64,000 nucleotides of DNA. Source: the human T2T-CHM13v2.0 reference genome, Homo sapiens. The translations under genes were made by a program, and so were the position numbers. The notes beneath the pieces were generated by a model, which did not search any database, was not told where the DNA came from, and saw nothing but the letters and a program-made list of their open reading frames with translations. Below are positions 1 through 13,800 of this stretch, piece by piece; within the stretch, counting starts at the first letter, position 1, and each line of letters opens with the position of its first letter. The stretch is from the NCBI RefSeq assembly GCF_009914755.1, contig NC_060940.1; one strand, 5' to 3'.

Positions 1-3429
<3,429 letters not shown>

Positions 3430-3477
3430 TTATTTTGCTTGTTAGTTGCTGCAGTTTCTTCCTAGCATCAATGGTCT

Positions 3478-4503
3478 TTACATTTTGGCATGTTTTTGCA
3501 GTGGCTGGTACCGGTTGTTCCTTTCCATGTTTAGTGCTTCCTTCAGGAGCTCTTGTAAGGCAGGCCTGGTGGTGATAAAATCTCTCAGCATTTGCTTGTC
3601 TGTAAAGGATTTTATTTCACCTTCACTTATGCAGCTTAGTTTGGCTGGATATGAAATTCTGGGTTGAAAATTCTTTTCTTTAAGAATCTTGAATATTGGG
3701 CCCCACTCTCTTCTGGCTTGTAGAGTTTCTGCCGAGAGATCCGCTGTTAGTCTGATGGGCTTCCCTTTGTGGGTAACCTGATGTTTCTCTCTGGCTGCCC
3801 TTAACATTTTTTCCTTCATTTCAACTTTGGTGAATCTGACAATTATGTGTCTTGAAGTTGATCTTCTCGAGGAATATCTTTGTGGTGTTCTCTGTATTTC
3901 CTGAAGTTGAATGTTGGCCTGCCTTGCTAGGTTGGGGACGTTCTCCTGGATAATATCCTGAAGAGTGTTTTCCAACTTGGTTCCATTCTCCCCATCACTT
4001 TCAGGTACACCAATCAGACGTAGATTTGGTCTTTTCACATAGTCCCACATGTCTTGGAGGCTTTGTTCATTTCTTTTTACTCTTTTTTCTCTGAACTTCT
4101 CTTCTTGCTTTATTTCATTCATTTGAACTTTAATCACTGATACCCTTTCTTCCAGTTGATCGAATCGGCTACTGAAGCTTGTGCATGCGCCATGTAGTTC
4201 TGGTGCCATGGTTTTCAGCTCCATCAGGTCATTTAAGGTCTTCTCTACATTCTTTATTCTAGTTAGCCATTCGTCTAATCTTTTTTCAAGGTTTTTACCT
4301 TCTTTGTGATGGGTTCGAACATCCTCCTTTAGCTTGGAGAACTTTGTTATTACCGATCCTCTGAAGCCTTCTTCTCTCAACTCGTCAAAGTCATTCTCCA
4401 TCCAGGTTTGTTCTGTTGCTGGCAAGGAGCTGCATTCCTTTGGAAGAGTAGAGGCCCTCTGATTTTTAGAATTTTCAGCTTTTCTGCTCTGGTTTCTCCC
4501 CAT
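3478..4503 (-). CDS. L1 ORF1p, uninterrupted 341-aa frame (coiled coil, RRM, CTD)
   Basis: MGRNQSRK...YQPLQKHAKM lies within ORF 3478..4722 and is colinear with L1 ORF1p, including the ARR and YPAKLS motifs. Expression unknown. Confidence 0.85.
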   Translation of the reverse strand: MGRNQSRKAENSKNQRASTLPKECSSLPATEQTWMENDFDELREEGFRGSVITKFSKLKEDVRTHHKEGKNLEKRLDEWLTRIKNVEKTLNDLMELKTMAPELHGACTSFSSRFDQLEERVSVIKVQMNEIKQEEKFREKRVKRNEQSLQDMWDYVKRPNLRLIGVPESDGENGTKLENTLQDIIQENVPNLARQANIQLQEIQRTPQRYSSRRSTSRHIIVRFTKVEMKEKMLRAAREKHQVTHKGKPIRLTADLSAETLQARREWGPIFKILKEKNFQPRISYPAKLSCISEGEIKSFTDKQMLRDFITTRPALQELLKEALNMERNNRYQPLQKHAKM

Positions 4504-5526
4504 CTTTGTGGTTTTATTTTCCTTTGGTCTTTGATGATGGTGATGTACACATGGGGTTTTGGTGTGGATGTCCTTTCTGTTTGTTAGTTTTCCTTCTAAC
4601 AGGATCCTCAGCTGCAGGTCTGTTGGAGTTTGCTGGAGGTCCACTCCAGACCTGTTTGCTTGGGTATCACCAGCAGAGGCTGCAGAACCACAGATACTGC
4701 AGAATGGCAAATGTTGCTGCATGATCGTTCATCTAGAAGCTTCGTCTCAGTGGGGCACCTGGCCGTATGAGGTGTCAATCGGCCCCTACTGGCAAGTGCC
4801 TCCCAGTTAGGCTACTTGGGGGTCAGGGACCCACTTGAGGAGGCAGTCTGTCTGTTCTCAGATCTCAAACTCTGTGCTGGGGGAACCACTACTCTCTTCA
4901 AAGCTGTCAGACAAGGACATTTAAGTCTGCAGAAGTTTCTGCTGCCTTTTGTTCAGCTATGCCCTGCCCCCAGAGGTGGAGTCTACAGAGGCAAGCAGGC
5001 CTTGTTTAACTGCAGTGGGCTCCACCCAGTTCGAGCTTCCTGTCCACTTTGTTTACCTACTCAAGCCTCAGCAATGGCGGATGCCCCGCCCCCAGCCTCT
5101 CTGCCACCTTGCAGTTAGATCTCAGACTGCTGTGCTGGCAGTGAGCAAGGCTCCGTGGGCGTGGGTCCCTCCAAGCCAGGCGCGGGATATAATCTCCTGG
5201 TGTGCCGTTTTCTAAGACCGTTGGAAAAGCGCAGTATTAGGTTGGGAGTGACCCAATTTTCCAGGTGCCATCTGTCACGGCTTCCCTTGGCTAGGAAAGG
5301 GAATTCCCTGACCCCTTGCACTTCCTGGGTGAGGTGATGCCCCACCCTGCTTCGGCTCACGCTCTGTGGGCTGCACCCACTGTCCTGCACCCACTGTCTG
5401 ACAAGCCCCAGTGAGATGAACCCGGAACCTCAGTTGGAAATGTAGAAATCACCCATCTTCTGTGTTGCTCACGCTGGGAGCTGTAGACTGGAGCTGTTCC
5501 TGTTCGGCCATCTTGGAACCTCTCTC
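4504..5526 (-). promoter_or_regulatory. L1 5'UTR internal promoter (YY1 site 5506-5515) and antisense promoter
   Basis: CAAGATGGCC near the 5' end; ~1020-bp UTR; established L1 architecture. Confidence 0.75.
5074..5337 (+). pseudogene. L1 antisense ORF0 relic with premature stop
   Basis: MADAPPPASLPPCS* (TAG 5116-5118), then in-frame VGVGPSKPGAGYNLLVCRFL..., matching ORF0. Confidence 0.8.
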
Positions 5527-5671
5527 CTTTGCTCACTTTTTAATGGAGTTGTTTTTGTTTGTTGATTTGTTTTATTTCATTATAGATTCTGGATATTAGA
5601 CCTTTGTTGGATGTATAGTTTGTGAATATTTTCTCCCATTCTGAAGGTTATCTGTTTACTCTGTTGATAGG

Positions 5672-5711
<40 letters not shown>

Positions 5712-6001
5712 TGTGCAGAAGCTCTTTAGTTTAATTAGGTCCAAATTTGTCAATTTTTGTTTCTGTTGTGATTTCTTTTGATGTCTTAGCCATAAATTCC
5801 TTGCCAAGGCTAATTTCCAGAATGGTATTTCCTAGGTTTTCTTCTAGAACTTTATAGTTTGAAGTCTTAGATTTAAGTCTTTGATCCATTCTGAGTTAAT
5901 TTTTATATGTGGTGAAAGGTAGGGGGCCAGTTTCATTCTTCTGCATATGACTAGGCAGTTATCCCAGCAGCATTTATTAAATAGGGACTCTTTCCCCCAT
6001 T
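5527..6001 (-). mobile_element. Older L1 (L1PB/L1MA-like) ORF2 fragment, host of the younger L1PA
   Basis: Diverged ORF2 3' sequence ([11 protein letters not shown]) directly abutting the L1PA 5' end. Confidence 0.85.
5675..5708. repeat. (TG)n microsatellite
   Basis: ~17 TG units. Confidence 0.95.
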
Positions 6002-6364
6002 GGTTAGGATATTAATGAATTTTAAAACCAATGAGATTCTACTTTACATCCAGTGGACTTACAAAAATTTCATTGGTCAGGACTTAACATTATCAAAGTT
6101 GGCAAAGATATATGAAAACAATAACTCTTACACTGTGGGAATTTCAAGAACCTCCACTTTTCTAGGTGTTTTAAACTGTTTTCCAGAGTTGAATAGCAAC
6201 ATAACCTTATGATCTTCCAGTACCCTCAGAGACTCACATGTGTGCAGAGAAGTTCATTGTGCAACAGTGTTGATTGCAATCTGGTTGTGGCTGGAAAGAA
6301 GAAAATAACTAATTGGAATGCATAAGTGGACATATAAACAATGGCATGCTCATTAAATGGGTTC

Positions 6365-6878
6365 TATTATTAGTTAGGAATTAATTAGATTGCAAGTAAA
6401 AAGAAAACCAACGACTGTACCTTAAACAAAGTGTGAATTCTGCTTTTCTCATTTGGTATGAAGTCTAGAGGCAGGGCTGCTTGTTAGGAAAGCTTTACAA
6501 AGTCATCAAGAACCCAAACTTCTTTACATCTCACTATCTCCTATCTAGCAGGCAGCTCTTTCTCTTAACGGTTACAAAATGGCTGCACTTCCACCATGAA
6601 GTACATCCGCATTCTAGGCAGGAAGTAGTAAAGAGGAAAGAAATGTGGTGGAGGTAGCTGAGCCATCAGGAACTCTCCTGAGCAAACCCAAGCCGACTTT
6701 GCTTACATCTCATTAGCTAGGACTGTGCCAGAGAGCTAAGTCTAGCTGCAAGAAGCTTGGAAAGTATTGTCTAATTTTTCAGGGCTCATGATTGCATTGA
6801 AAAATATTATGTTTCTCTTAGTAAAAAAAAAAAGGTGGGGGTCATAGTATTGGTTAGGCAGCTGGCAGTGTCTGTCCC
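6365..6878. mobile_element. MLT1-type MaLR LTR relic within ancient L1M 3' fragments (~6010-6360, ~6880-7200)
   Basis: Motifs CTTACATCTCATTAGCTAGGAC, CTAGCTGCAAGAAGCTTGGAAA, TTGGTTAGGCAGCTGGCAGTGTCTG. Confidence 0.6.
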
Positions 6879-7994
6879 CTCTATTTAGAAGTTGAAAAGA
6901 ATAAACTTTACCCGTATTCACAACGTGGATACATCTCACAAACATAATTTGGGTAAAAAATCTAAGTAACAGAACAATATCCTGGTACGACACAATTTAT
7001 ATGGTTTTTAAAAAGCCACACACAAAATAAGAATATCTGTTATTTATAAATACCTTTGTATGTATTTATAAAGTAAAAACATGTTTGGGAAAGCTGTACA
7101 CTTTGGGAGAGTAAGAGAGGGGAAAAAATTAGAGCTGGCCACAGAGGGAGTTTCAATTGTTTCTTTAATGTGTAATTGCTAAGTAAAAGTTCTAAGAGTA
7201 AATAAAAGAGAAATAATTATGAGCATATTTTATGAAATTATAGATAGGCACACTTCCAGGTGCCTAGTTGCAATTGTTTTCTGTTTTCAGGATCTTTTCT
7301 GTTCCAAACTTCCTAAATATAAAAGAATGGACCCTGAGGTGACAATCTAATTAAATTGATATAATCATTTTCCAAGAATGAAATCTGTCACTTAAAATCC
7401 ATAATAAATATTTTGAAGAGAAAAATAATAAGAAAACATAAATAGGGATTTGCTTTTGGCAATCTATTAAATATTTAATTTTGAGTAAAAATGAAATAGT
7501 CAGTTCTTTATGTTATCCAATGCCCCCTGAACTGTGAAATTCTTGTGGAGGAAATTACAAAGATGAAAAGTAAATGCCATTTGATAGGAGTAGACAATTG
7601 GATTTTTTTTTAGTAATATGTGTTGCGTTATAAAACTGTTTTGAAAATACGTTGTTATTCAGAAATGATAAAGTTTGTAAAATTTTTTTCCAATTCTTGG
7701 ATCAAACTAAAGCTAAAAGTATTTACTGGTAGCAATAGTGGGATGAGACAGGCCAGTGTCACTAATAAAAGCATTTATTTATGCTGAGAATTACTCTTAT
7801 AATTTCTACCATTGGTTTATACATTTATTCAATAAATTTTTATTAAACGCCTTTTATATATGAGGTCTTTGCCATGTATGGGGAGTTCAGATATTATACA
7901 ATTATTACTCTGGTACTTAAGGAGCTAGTGAAGAACACAGACCAGCAAAGAAAGATACAATAGAAGAGGTCCTATGACTACCTTTTTCTTTTTA

Positions 7995-8221
7995 AATTTA
8001 ACAGTTTAATTGAGCCAAGAACTATTCATGAATTGGGCAGCCTCCACCCAGGATAGGTTCAGAGAGGCTCCAGTGTAGCCACGTGGTAGAAGATTTATGG
8101 ACAGAAAAAGGAAAGTGATGTATAGAAAACGGACGCGAGGCACCGAAACAGCCAGATTGGCAACAGCTCAGCGTTTGCCTTATTTAAACATGGTTTGAAA
8201 AGTTAGTTGGCTGCCTTTGAT
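7995..8221 (-). mobile_element. ERV1 LTR fragment (MER4 group)
   Basis: GAAGATTTATGGACAGAAAAAGGAAAGTGA...CTCAGCGTTTGCCTTATTT; family uncertain. Confidence 0.55.
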
Positions 8222-8929
8222 TATGACTTTGAGATGGGAAGATGGAAAGGCTGAATTCACTTAATGGCTGGATCAGTCCAGATACCAACAGGAAATAGAT
8301 AGTACACTCAAAGCAAGATAATGTGAGGTCGGTCGAATAAAGGACCATTTACAAAGGGTAGCCAGGGAATAAAAAAACCATAAGGCATAATGCATAATCC
8401 CAGAGCTGGGGTTAGTACCAGCTGCAGGTTCAGTGTGAAGAGAGGGAAGACATGGTCAATATTCTCCCTCCTCAGACCTGCTACCAAAGCTCTTTGTTGG
8501 CTGGACACAACTGGAAGTCAGAGGGCTTGACCCCTCACAGGTATTGCTCATGCGGGTGACTCTCTTGGGAAGGAGAAGAGGGTGGAGAAGGGTGGGGAAT
8601 AGATGTGGACACAAACACAGTATCCTGCAGTATGGTTTTAGCTGGACCTTCAGAAATAGAAGGAGTTCACTGAGAAAGCTTTGCAGGGGTGTGAGGTGGG
8701 GTGAGAAGGGGTGGGAGGTCTGGCGGTCTCGGTCAGGAAATTACACAAAGAGTGAAAGAGGAACTTGTTTATGGGTTTAGTGTGTTCGGAATCTATTTTC
8801 ACTTTATGCCATGGCACTGTAGAATATTGCGTATATATTGCAGCACTCTCTGGCCCTCTCTCTGTATCTCTTCTTCTCTCTTTCTGATGTTGGGGGGAAA
8901 TGTGCCTTGAACTCAGCCTTGGCATGAAA

Positions 8930-9381
8930 ATGTAACATTTTGTGTGTGCGCCTGTCCACATGCCATGGACCTCTTTGGCAGCCTGAAGAAGACTATGGAT
9001 TCTTTCTCAAAATAATCTTTAAAAATATCAAAAATCTAATACTTAAAATTATAGAGGGCACATTTATGTTGAAATACTGCTTCGATAAATCTAAAAATTG
9101 TGATGCAGCAAAATGAGCTTTGTTAATGCACTAAATAGCATGTTCTTGTGTGGGTCTGTTAACTATCATAATTTCAATGTAATGATGTGATAAACAGAAA
9201 GTATGTTGAGATAACAATTGTATTGTTAAATAGCAATATCTGTGATTTTCACTAATGACATAGTGCCAATTGAAGGAAATGTTAAAATTCACTTAGCAGT
9301 TAATGAAAATTGAGATGTCATTTTTCCCATCCAAGTCTGGAACCATTGGAAGTCTGTGGACCCCCACATTGAAAACAGCTG
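8930..9381. mobile_element. hAT-Charlie DNA transposon relic (MER119-like)
   Basis: CCATGGACCTCTTTGGCAGCCTG...TTTTCCCATCCAAGT...TGGACCCC. Confidence 0.6.
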
Positions 9382-9505
9382 TTTTAAAGTATATTTACCA
9401 TGTCTTTAAACAAGTCACTTGAATTATACAATTATTAAATTCACCAAATAAGATGAGTGCATATCTTATGCCAAATGTCATGCTAAGGAGATACATGGTG
9501 AAAGA

Positions 9506-9802
9506 TTTTTTTTTTTTTTTGACAGAGTCTCATTATGTCACCCAGGCTGGAGTGCGGTGGTGTGATCATGGCTAACCGCAGCCTCAACTTCCTGGGCTCA
9601 AGTAATCTTCCCACCTCAGTCTCCTGAGTAACTGGGAAAACAGACAGGTGGCACCATGCCTGGCTAATTTTAAAAATTGTTTTGTAGAGATGGAGTCTTG
9701 CTGTGTTGCCCAGACTGGTCTTGAATTCCTGGGCTCAAGCTATCTTCCCGCCTTGGCCTCCCAAAGAGTTGGGATTATAGGCTTGAGCCACCACATTTAG
9801 CT
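9506..9802 (-). mobile_element. AluJ
   Basis: Poly-T followed by a diverged dimeric Alu. Confidence 0.93.
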
Positions 9803-9994
9803 GGGAAATTTTTTAAACATTTAAAAATTCTGTGGAAAAATACAATTATCTCCAAATGGCTCATCATAAAATACTAGAATGCAATAACTAAAAATGTCTT
9901 CTACTATTTCCTAGAGATAATTAATAACACAGTGATACTCATGGAATAATCTATGTTTAATGCAATAAAAAATCTATAATTGCTGAATTTCTTC

Positions 9995-10385
9995 TTTTAA
10001 TTTTTGTTTTAAGTTCAGGGGTACATGTGCAGGATGTGCAGGTTTGTTACATAGGTAAACTTGTGTCATGGGTTTTTTTTTTTAAATACGGATTATTTCA
10101 TTACCCAGGTATTAAGCCTAGTACCCATTAGTTACTTTTCCTGATCCTCTCCCTCCTCTCACCCTCCACCCTCCAATAGAGGCCAGTGTGTTGTTCCCCT
10201 CTATGTGTCCATGTGTTCTGATCATTTAGCTCCTACTTATAAGTGAGAATATGCGATATTTGGTTTTCTGTTCCTGCGTTAGTTTGCTAAGGATGATGGC
10301 CTCCAGGTCCATCTCTGTCCCTGTAAAGGACATGTTCTTGTTCTTTTTTATGGCTGCATACATAGTATTCCATGGTGTACATGAG
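9995..10385 (-). mobile_element. 5'-truncated L1 3' end (old L1PA/L1PB)
   Basis: TTCAGGGGTACATGTGCAGG...TAGTATTCCATGGTG. Confidence 0.88.
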
Positions 10386-10834
10386 GTAACCACAAAATAA
10401 ATTCAACCCAACTGGGGTCTACCAAGTGGGAGAAGGGATGAGGGAGAGAATAATATTGTTTCTTTAAATTTGAATAGTACTTTTTTTGTTGTTCTGCATT
10501 GAGACCTTTTTTTTTTTTGCTTTGACTTGAAATAAGTTCTTTGACAGAACATATTGCTTAGTTAAGTAAGTAACCTGAAATATGCATTAGGATTGTGAAA
10601 TGTATCATGCAAGAGACAAGCTAAATTTCTACAATAAAAATGTAACCTCTTTTTGTGACACAGCTTTAGCCAATTATAGTCATTGTTAATTCTTATAATT
10701 GGATGCAAATCATGCCTTACTTCAGGAAATAGGCTGCAAAGATACTGTCTTCTATTAAATGTCATTACAGATGTGTTGCTTTTGAAGACTTTCTGTTGAA
10801 GTACAATAACATAAATAAAGATAAGTTTGCATGT

Positions 10835-10970
10835 TGTTTAATTAGTCAGGGTTCTCCAGAGACACAGAATCAACAGAATATGTATATCCTTTTATCCATA
10901 TATTTCTATACTTGATATGTGTGTGTGTTTATATATATATATATATGTAGAGAGAGAGAGAGAGAGATAT
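10835..10970. mobile_element. MLT2-type LTR end with (TG)(TA)(GA) microsatellite
   Basis: TTAGTCAGGGTTCTCCAGAGACACAGAA followed by a compound STR. Confidence 0.6.
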
Positions 10971-11462
10971 CTCATGTTTTCTCTCATTCTGTGGGTTACA
11001 TTTTGACTTTGCTAGTAATATCTTTTTATAGACAGATATTGTTAATTTTAGTATAGTCCAATTTATCATTCTTTAAATTTATGGTTAGTACATTATATGT
11101 CTTGTTAAGAAAATCTTTGTCTACATCAAGACCATTAAGATGTTCTATATTTTCCTCTATGATTTTAACTTTTTATGTTTAGTCCTGCAATCCATCTGGA
11201 TTTTATTTTTGTAACTATTTTGAAGTAGATGACAAGATATATTTTTTCCATATGGATATCTGATTGATCCAGAACAACAACAAAAAATCCCCAGTCTATC
11301 CCATGTGACCATAGAGGTCTATTTTTGAACTCTCTATGCTCTCCCATTGGTTATTTTGTCTACCCTTGTGCTAATACCACTCTGTCTTAATTAAGCTTTA
11401 CACTTGGCCTCCATAGACGGTAGTATAAATCCTCCAGCTTTGTTCTTTTCCTTTAAGATTTT
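10971..11462 (-). mobile_element. Ancient L1M ORF2 fragment
   Basis: Diverged ORF2 similarity (TKIKSRWI; CCTCCAGCTTTGTTCTTT). Confidence 0.7.
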
Positions 11463-12743
11463 TCAGATGTATCTCTCTTTAAATTGGATAAAATTAAAAA
11501 TTCTATTTTAGAAGACAATGCAAACTAGACCAGACATAACTATTTAGATAAAGAATTACATCAGCTGACAGATAATCATAGATAATCCTTTATAGCACAT
11601 GTAAGACAGAATCATTCCTGTTGAGGTCTTTAACTTGAATTGAGATAAAGTCTAGTATAAGAGAAGCTCATAGGGCTTTGAATTCAAGTCTAGTGAAACA
11701 TGTAGTACTAACTAGATTTCCCTGATTTAGGTCCAGTAAATATTTACTTAGCACCTACTATTTGCCAGGTGTTATTCTGTGCATTTCTGCTGTAGCATAT
11801 TATTAACTTCATTAACCTCTGTGATCCTCAATCTCCCTTTTTGTAGGATAAATTATTATAGAGATATATTTCAATATTCAACCAAACTATACTCTTGTCT
11901 GAAAAACCAGTTATGGTTCCTTGGCTTTAAGTAACAGAAACTGACTCTGACCAAAATGGAATTTATTAGAGAGACAGTGGGTGACTCATAAAATCTAAGA
12001 AAGGTTGAACAAAAGGGCACCAAGAAGGATGAGGAGGATCAAGATAGCTCAGGAGAAGAACCTCAGGGAGAATCTGAGTTCCCAATAAACAGAATCCAAA
12101 GCCAGATTTAAGTAATAATGATTTATTGGAAGTTCAAATCCCAGAGCAGAGAGTGAGAGAAAAAGAAAATGAGGCAGGAAAGGACGGGGAACGAATGTAG
12201 GTGATGCATTACCATGTGGCCGTGGTTTCATGATGAGTCGTGGAGAGGCTCTGCTGGTTTCTTAGTATATATACCAGCTAAGCCATGCAGAGGGGATAGC
12301 TGGACACACTGCAGAAGGCAACTGGGCTTCAGTCCAGTGCAGTAAGAAACTGGGAGGAAACTTACTTGCCAGCTTCATTCCATCCCGTTTCCTATTTCCT
12401 GTTGATCAAAGTTTATCCCAGAGGGAGGGTAGCTACTCTACCCTTCTAGATTGGATCACTCAGTCCCTTCAGCAATCACGTCCCATGCCCTGGGACTTGT
12501 GCCTTTTCTGTGAATCCAGAAAGATGAGGAGACAGAGCATGAGGCAGTGGGATTTGGTGGTCATGCATGGAGTTAAGGTCCCAGCAACAATTGAAGTGGA
12601 ACAAAATAGCCAAGGGCCTAGAAGACAGGTGAGGTGAAGAGCATGTAATGATGTACATGTGATATGTTCCAAACTCATGAATTTGAGAAGTAGCAGTTCT
12701 TCAAAGTAATTTTTGCAGGGCAGATAAAAATCAAACCAAGGGG

Positions 12744-13000
12744 CCCAGGGCATGGTGGTTCATGCATGTAATACAAGCAGTTTGGGAAGTCAAGGTGGGA
12801 GGATTGCTTAAGGCCAGGGGTTTGAGACCAGCCTGGGCAACATAGTGAGTAGCTGGGCAGATGGCATGTGCCTGTAGTTCTATTTACTCAGGAGGCTGAA
12901 GCGAGAGGAGGCTTGAGCCCAGGAGTTTGAGGTTATAGTGAGCTATCATTACACTATTGCATGCTAGCCTGGGTGACAGAGTGAGACCCTGTATCTAAAC
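12744..13000 (+). mobile_element. AluJ with internal deletion
   Basis: Both arms present, linker missing; (CAG)(CAA) tail. Confidence 0.88.
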
Positions 13001-13081
13001 AGCAGCAGCAACAACAACAACAAGAAATAAAAACCAAAAACCAAACCAAGCAAAACAAACAAATAAGCAAATACATATATA

Positions 13082-13083
<2 letters not shown>

Positions 13084-13116
<33 letters not shown>
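13084..13116. repeat. (TG)n microsatellite
   Basis: Direct reading. Confidence 0.93.
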
Positions 13117-13118
<2 letters not shown>

Positions 13119-13144
13119 TTTAGTGCATCAAAATACTGCTCTTA

Positions 13145-13800
13145 ATGCCTAAAATGAAAATGACTGACAATAGTAGTAATGGCAAAGGTGTAGGGCAGCT
13201 GAAACTCTCAAATACTGCTGGTGTGAATGTAAAATGGCACAGTCACTTTGGACAAGAGCTTGGCAGTTTCTTATTCAGTTAAATGCATACCTACCATATG
13301 ACCCACCAATTCTGCTCCTTTGTATTTGCCCAAGAAAAATGAAAACATGCTCACAAGATATTGCACATACATGCTCATAGCAGTTTTATTAACCACGGCC
13401 AAAATTTGTAAAGACCCTAAATATCCATCAACAAGCCAATAGATGAATAATAACATCCTCATTAAATGGCATACTCAACAATCTAGAGAAATAAACTACT
13501 GATTCTTTTAACAACATTGTGAATGTTAAAAACATGGCAAGTGAAAGAAGGGAAAAAAATACACATTTTAGGATTCAACAAAGGCAAAACTAATCTGTGG
13601 CAGTAGAAATTAGAATCAGTGTTTCTTTGGGATGGGGAGAGAATTGACTACACTGGGGCATGTGGGAACCTTTTGGGGTGATGGACATGCTTTATATATA
13701 ACTTGGAGTGGTAGGTACATGGGAGTTTATGTCAAAACACATTGAACTGTGGATATATTTTACTTAGTGCAGATTAGACCTCAATAAAGTTGATTTGAAA
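13145..13800 (+). mobile_element. Ancient L1MC/ME 3' region
   Basis: CTGGTGTGAATGTAAAATGG...TACCATATGACCCACCAATT...CTCAATAAAG. Confidence 0.75.

Noticed and set aside
5371-5398. 14-bp tandem duplication in the L1 5'UTR
   Set aside because: As I recall, a normal feature of L1PA consensus sequences.
10386-10452. Short plus-strand L1-3'UTR-like piece next to a minus-strand L1 (possible twin priming)
   Set aside because: Weak similarity, it overlaps sequence already in the element, and there is no convincing TSD.
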